From Iphione sp. A-MEVVRFRX5 (taxonomy: Eukaryota), in the NCBI GenBank assembly GCA_976226885.1, contig OZ320320.1, positions 35,836,001-35,900,000 of the forward strand: a stretch of DNA of 64,000 nt, given 5' to 3'. A program made the position numbers and the translations under genes. Under the pieces are notes generated by a model. That model was given only the letters and a program-made list of their open reading frames with translations. It had not been told where the DNA came from and ran no database searches. Below are positions 60,801 to 64,000 of the stretch, piece after piece; within the stretch, counting starts at the first letter, position 1, and each line of letters starts with the position of its first letter.

Positions 60801-61936
60801 CTGCATCGCCCTGTGTACCTTATATAGAGACCAGCATACACTAACGTCTCATCAATATGTATATCATGTGTGTGTGTGTGTGTCGCGCGCGGACCAACAG
60901 GCGGATTAACACAATAGACTTCCTCCAGTGAGAATAAATGTATACTTGGTTCTTTCCAGAAGTAGTTGTACACAAGTAAACTTCCTAGGTTTAAGTATAT
61001 ATTTAATGATATTTAAATCTAATTTGTTGTTTCAATTGTGGTCTTAATTATGGTCCTAATTATGGCCTTGTTTCAGCAGAAAGGAGGTCTTGAGCGATAG
61101 TCGTCTGTACGCTCAATATCTATATCATACCTTACGTTCATCACGCGGCTTAGCTTACTTTAACAGCAATACGACATCCTATATGTATCATATATACCAA
61201 CAAAGCTATCCAACATCAAGACCTGTATCATAGTTTGCACTCATAACATAAATAAACATAATCGACTTCACCGGTATCAATGCCGACAGTATACCCTATG
61301 TCTCACATCCTTGTCAAAACAAATATTTAGCTGATTAGCTGACAGTACTTATATCTCCAAAGGAAAGTTAAAATTTTCAAGAATACCGTTCGCAACATAA
61401 CGTGGCTCACCCCATACATCATTTATCTTTAACTACAATCTAACACTGAGTGGGTACACTGTCACATTGACAATACCAATACAGATTCAATGCACACTGA
61501 TTATGCAGATTACACGTTTAATTAAACCCTCTTAGCCACAACCTTTGTCTAGGCCCTGTGAGTCAAACCATGAATTGTCGTTCGATTAGGCCGAGGTTCA
61601 TGCGTTATATGAGTATTTTAAGAGGTAAGAAGGTGAAACCAACCATAAGACATAAATGAGAACGCCCTTGGGGTGTGCTGCAGGGCAGTTAATCAGGTTT
61701 TCACCCTGCAATTGTCATCTAGTCTCTCTATCTGAACAGTCGTCTGTAACTAGGATCCATCGATCATACTGTGAGGATTGACAGAAGTTCAGACAAAGAA
61801 TCAGCAGTAAACAACTGAACATTGTAACTAACACCTGAAGCTGTAATGGCTGTAACCCTGCAATGCTTGGGCTGGTAGGTTGATCATATAGCCGCCTCTT
61901 GCTAAGCCCAATGGCCCAACAATTTCGTTCACTTAC

Positions 61937-62160
61937 CTTTGTTCGTTCTGTCACTAGTTCGCCCGTTGCTCCCGCTACACCTCCTCCCATCAATCTTCAT
62001 ATATTCGCGTATGCTCCGATAGTCAGACATTATGCGTGTATGTACTTATCTATGGATGTGAAGCGGACGCAAGAGGAGGGGGCGGACCTAGAGGAAGTCT
62101 GGCAAATGTAAGACGGGGAGCAGGAACTTGTCTTTGCTCTTTGATAACAGCTGACTCAGG
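61937..62160 (-). other. Candidate distal neurotrophin 5' exon and promoter
   Basis: Perfect donor AAG|GTAAGT after 61937, GC box GGGGGCGG near 62078, AP-1 TGACTCA near 62152. The ATG at 62000 is in phase with the coding exon (MKIDGRRCSGSNGRTSDRTNK-DI-M). Confidence 0.5.
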
Positions 62161-63099
62161 CGAAAAGGTGACATAGTAGTCAGCAGAGGGTGTCACGGGT
62201 TACGGGAAGTGGTTTTTGAGGTGTTCACAACGAAAATATTTGATTCGGTGGAAGTAAGAACAGGAACTAAACTATGTACAGGCTGCGGATCTAATAGGGC
62301 CAACAGAACCGTGCAACGTAACATTAATATAAATCAATATTCATATAATCATTCATACAATTTCTCTCGAATCATGGCCCATTGACCACGATCATATAAG
62401 TCTTCTGCATCAGCATATTGACCTAAACTTTTCTGCGCTGTTTCTGGTAACCCTGTTACCAATTCTCTCACATTTCATTGGATAACTTTGTTGTATTCTC
62501 TTATTGTTCATACATAAAGCCAGGAATTATTTTTTTGAAAAAAAAGCACTCTTTTGTCTGGAACCTGATATGAATTCGAACCTTTGTCCAGAAAATTACT
62601 AAGAGAGACATATCGTTTAAAAAAAAGATTAATTAATTCATGAAGCAAATTCACCCGGCATGTGACAAAACATTCTCTTTGCACCATTTACAGCAATCCT
62701 CATTTATCCTGCAGTTCTCCCATACTGGGTGTAGCAATCCTGATACTAAATTCTTTGGCCTAATTTCCATGTACCTATGTCTTGTTCGCACTATATTCGT
62801 CTGTGTAATTTGTTGACTATTTTTAACAACTGCAGTGTTTCCATGTACCTGTATGTGTTAGCTCTAACACAGGCAAACACACAGAGATTTGGACATGTCC
62901 CGATCTGTCCATAGTCCATTTCAGTGTTTAGCATAGGACTAAAAGAAACAGGGTGATTGGGCCTTCTACCTACTCCTGAGGCTGTTGACAATCATCTCAT
63001 TAGTCTTGTCATAATTTCTACAACAGTAGTTTATTGCAGTCAGCTGTTTTCTTGCTCTGCTCTCTCTGTATACTGGCTATGGTTACCATCCCATCAGGT

Positions 63100-63600
63100 C
63101 TCACATACTGTCCTCACAGTGGTTCTGGGAAACATCAACCCAGCTCCTTCATTTTGTCCTTGAACTATTCACAGCGACCATCTCAGCAGTTCACTCACTC
63201 TATCTTCATAGTGGTCATGGCAATTCTTCACCCATTTCTGCCACTCTGTCCACAAAATGGTAAGAACCATGATCTCTCCACTACTATCAAACTGTCTTTA
63301 CACTGGCTTTACACTGGTTATGGCAATATTCTCCGTCCAGAATTCACAACCTTCATCCCTCCAGATCTTCTGCACTGTTACCACACTAGTTACGGGAATC
63401 ACCTCCTCAGTTAGAACTATCACACAGTCTCTTTATGGCAATCTCTTCTCAAATTCTCCCACCGACTCCGACCTCTTGATAGGAAACACCTCCAATCTTC
63501 TCATACTTTATCATGCGACTGTTTATGGCAATCCTCCACCAATTCTCCTACACTTTAGTCACACTGTTTATGGCAATCATCTTCACAGTTGTTCTATGCG
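63100..63600. repeat. Degenerate CACACTGTTTATGGCAATC-type tandem repeat
   Basis: The TATGGCAAT motif recurs about 6-7 times at irregular 45-100 bp spacing. Confidence 0.55.
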
Positions 63601-64000
63601 CCATACATCACTTGTGGCAACGTTTCGTCGGTCATCTTATACCCTATCCCTGCACTGTAGTTTATAGTGAAAATCTACCTATTTATCAACCATTTTTTTC
63701 GAGAATCTTGATTTAGATTGTAACTCCAGTTTGGTAATGCACGTCCTCGATTACAACCTCTAGGTCTCGAAATGATATCAATCAAGATTAGAAATAAATG
63801 TGCTTTAACTAAACAAGGTAGGAGCCATTTCATATTTTTGTTTCAGCTAAGAGACTTGGGTACTATTTTCAAACGTACGATATATAGATATATCCATACA
63901 AATGTCGCGAGCTTGCGGATACTGGAAACAATCGGGGTGAGGATGCAGGCCACATCCTGACATCCCTAGCCGGGTTCTGTACACTTGCTGGAGGCGGAAC

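Noticed and set aside
60750-60830. GACGTCACGTG plus TATATA as another promoter
   Set aside because: Orientation is ambiguous and no convincing adjacent exon or donor could be assigned.
63619-63640. GAUGACCGACGAAACGUU on the minus strand
   Set aside because: No CUGA and no stem II. At best a heavily decayed motif.
1-64000. CRISPR array, rRNA, tRNA or prokaryotic operon
   Set aside because: No repeats with unique equal-length spacers and no RNA-gene signatures. The sequence is eukaryotic, with spliceosomal introns.

Overview
Animal genomic DNA, probably a marine invertebrate (inferred from the neurotrophin sequence and repeat types); AT-rich and dense in repeats. The one confidently identified host gene is a neurotrophin (NGF/BDNF family) whose whole precursor is encoded by a single exon on the minus strand (43236-44159). 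Several candidate 5' exons and promoters lie 3-18 kb upstream of it. The rest is a layered set of mobile elements: a Gypsy integrase relic, LINE RT relics, a full-length but inactivated piggyBac whose transposase has two introns, a 4.17-kb CACTG-ended (CMC/EnSpm-like) element with cargo ORFs, a decayed Polinton/Maverick segment (A32 ATPase and major capsid protein), an RTE-type LINE, and Tc1/mariner-type and PIF/Harbinger-type MITEs. The main hunt result is two independent insertions that each carry a hammerhead ribozyme and are each flanked by a 17-18 bp target-site duplication. One is a 327-nt retrozyme/viroid-like unit with a complete type I hammerhead and a 129-nt loop III, inserted into the RTE. 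The other is a 1.4-kb unit with a minimal Penelope-type hammerhead, inserted into the Polinton capsid gene; it carries an unidentified ORF with a homolog inside the CACTG element. All family assignments come from motifs recognised by eye; no database searches or folding programs were run.
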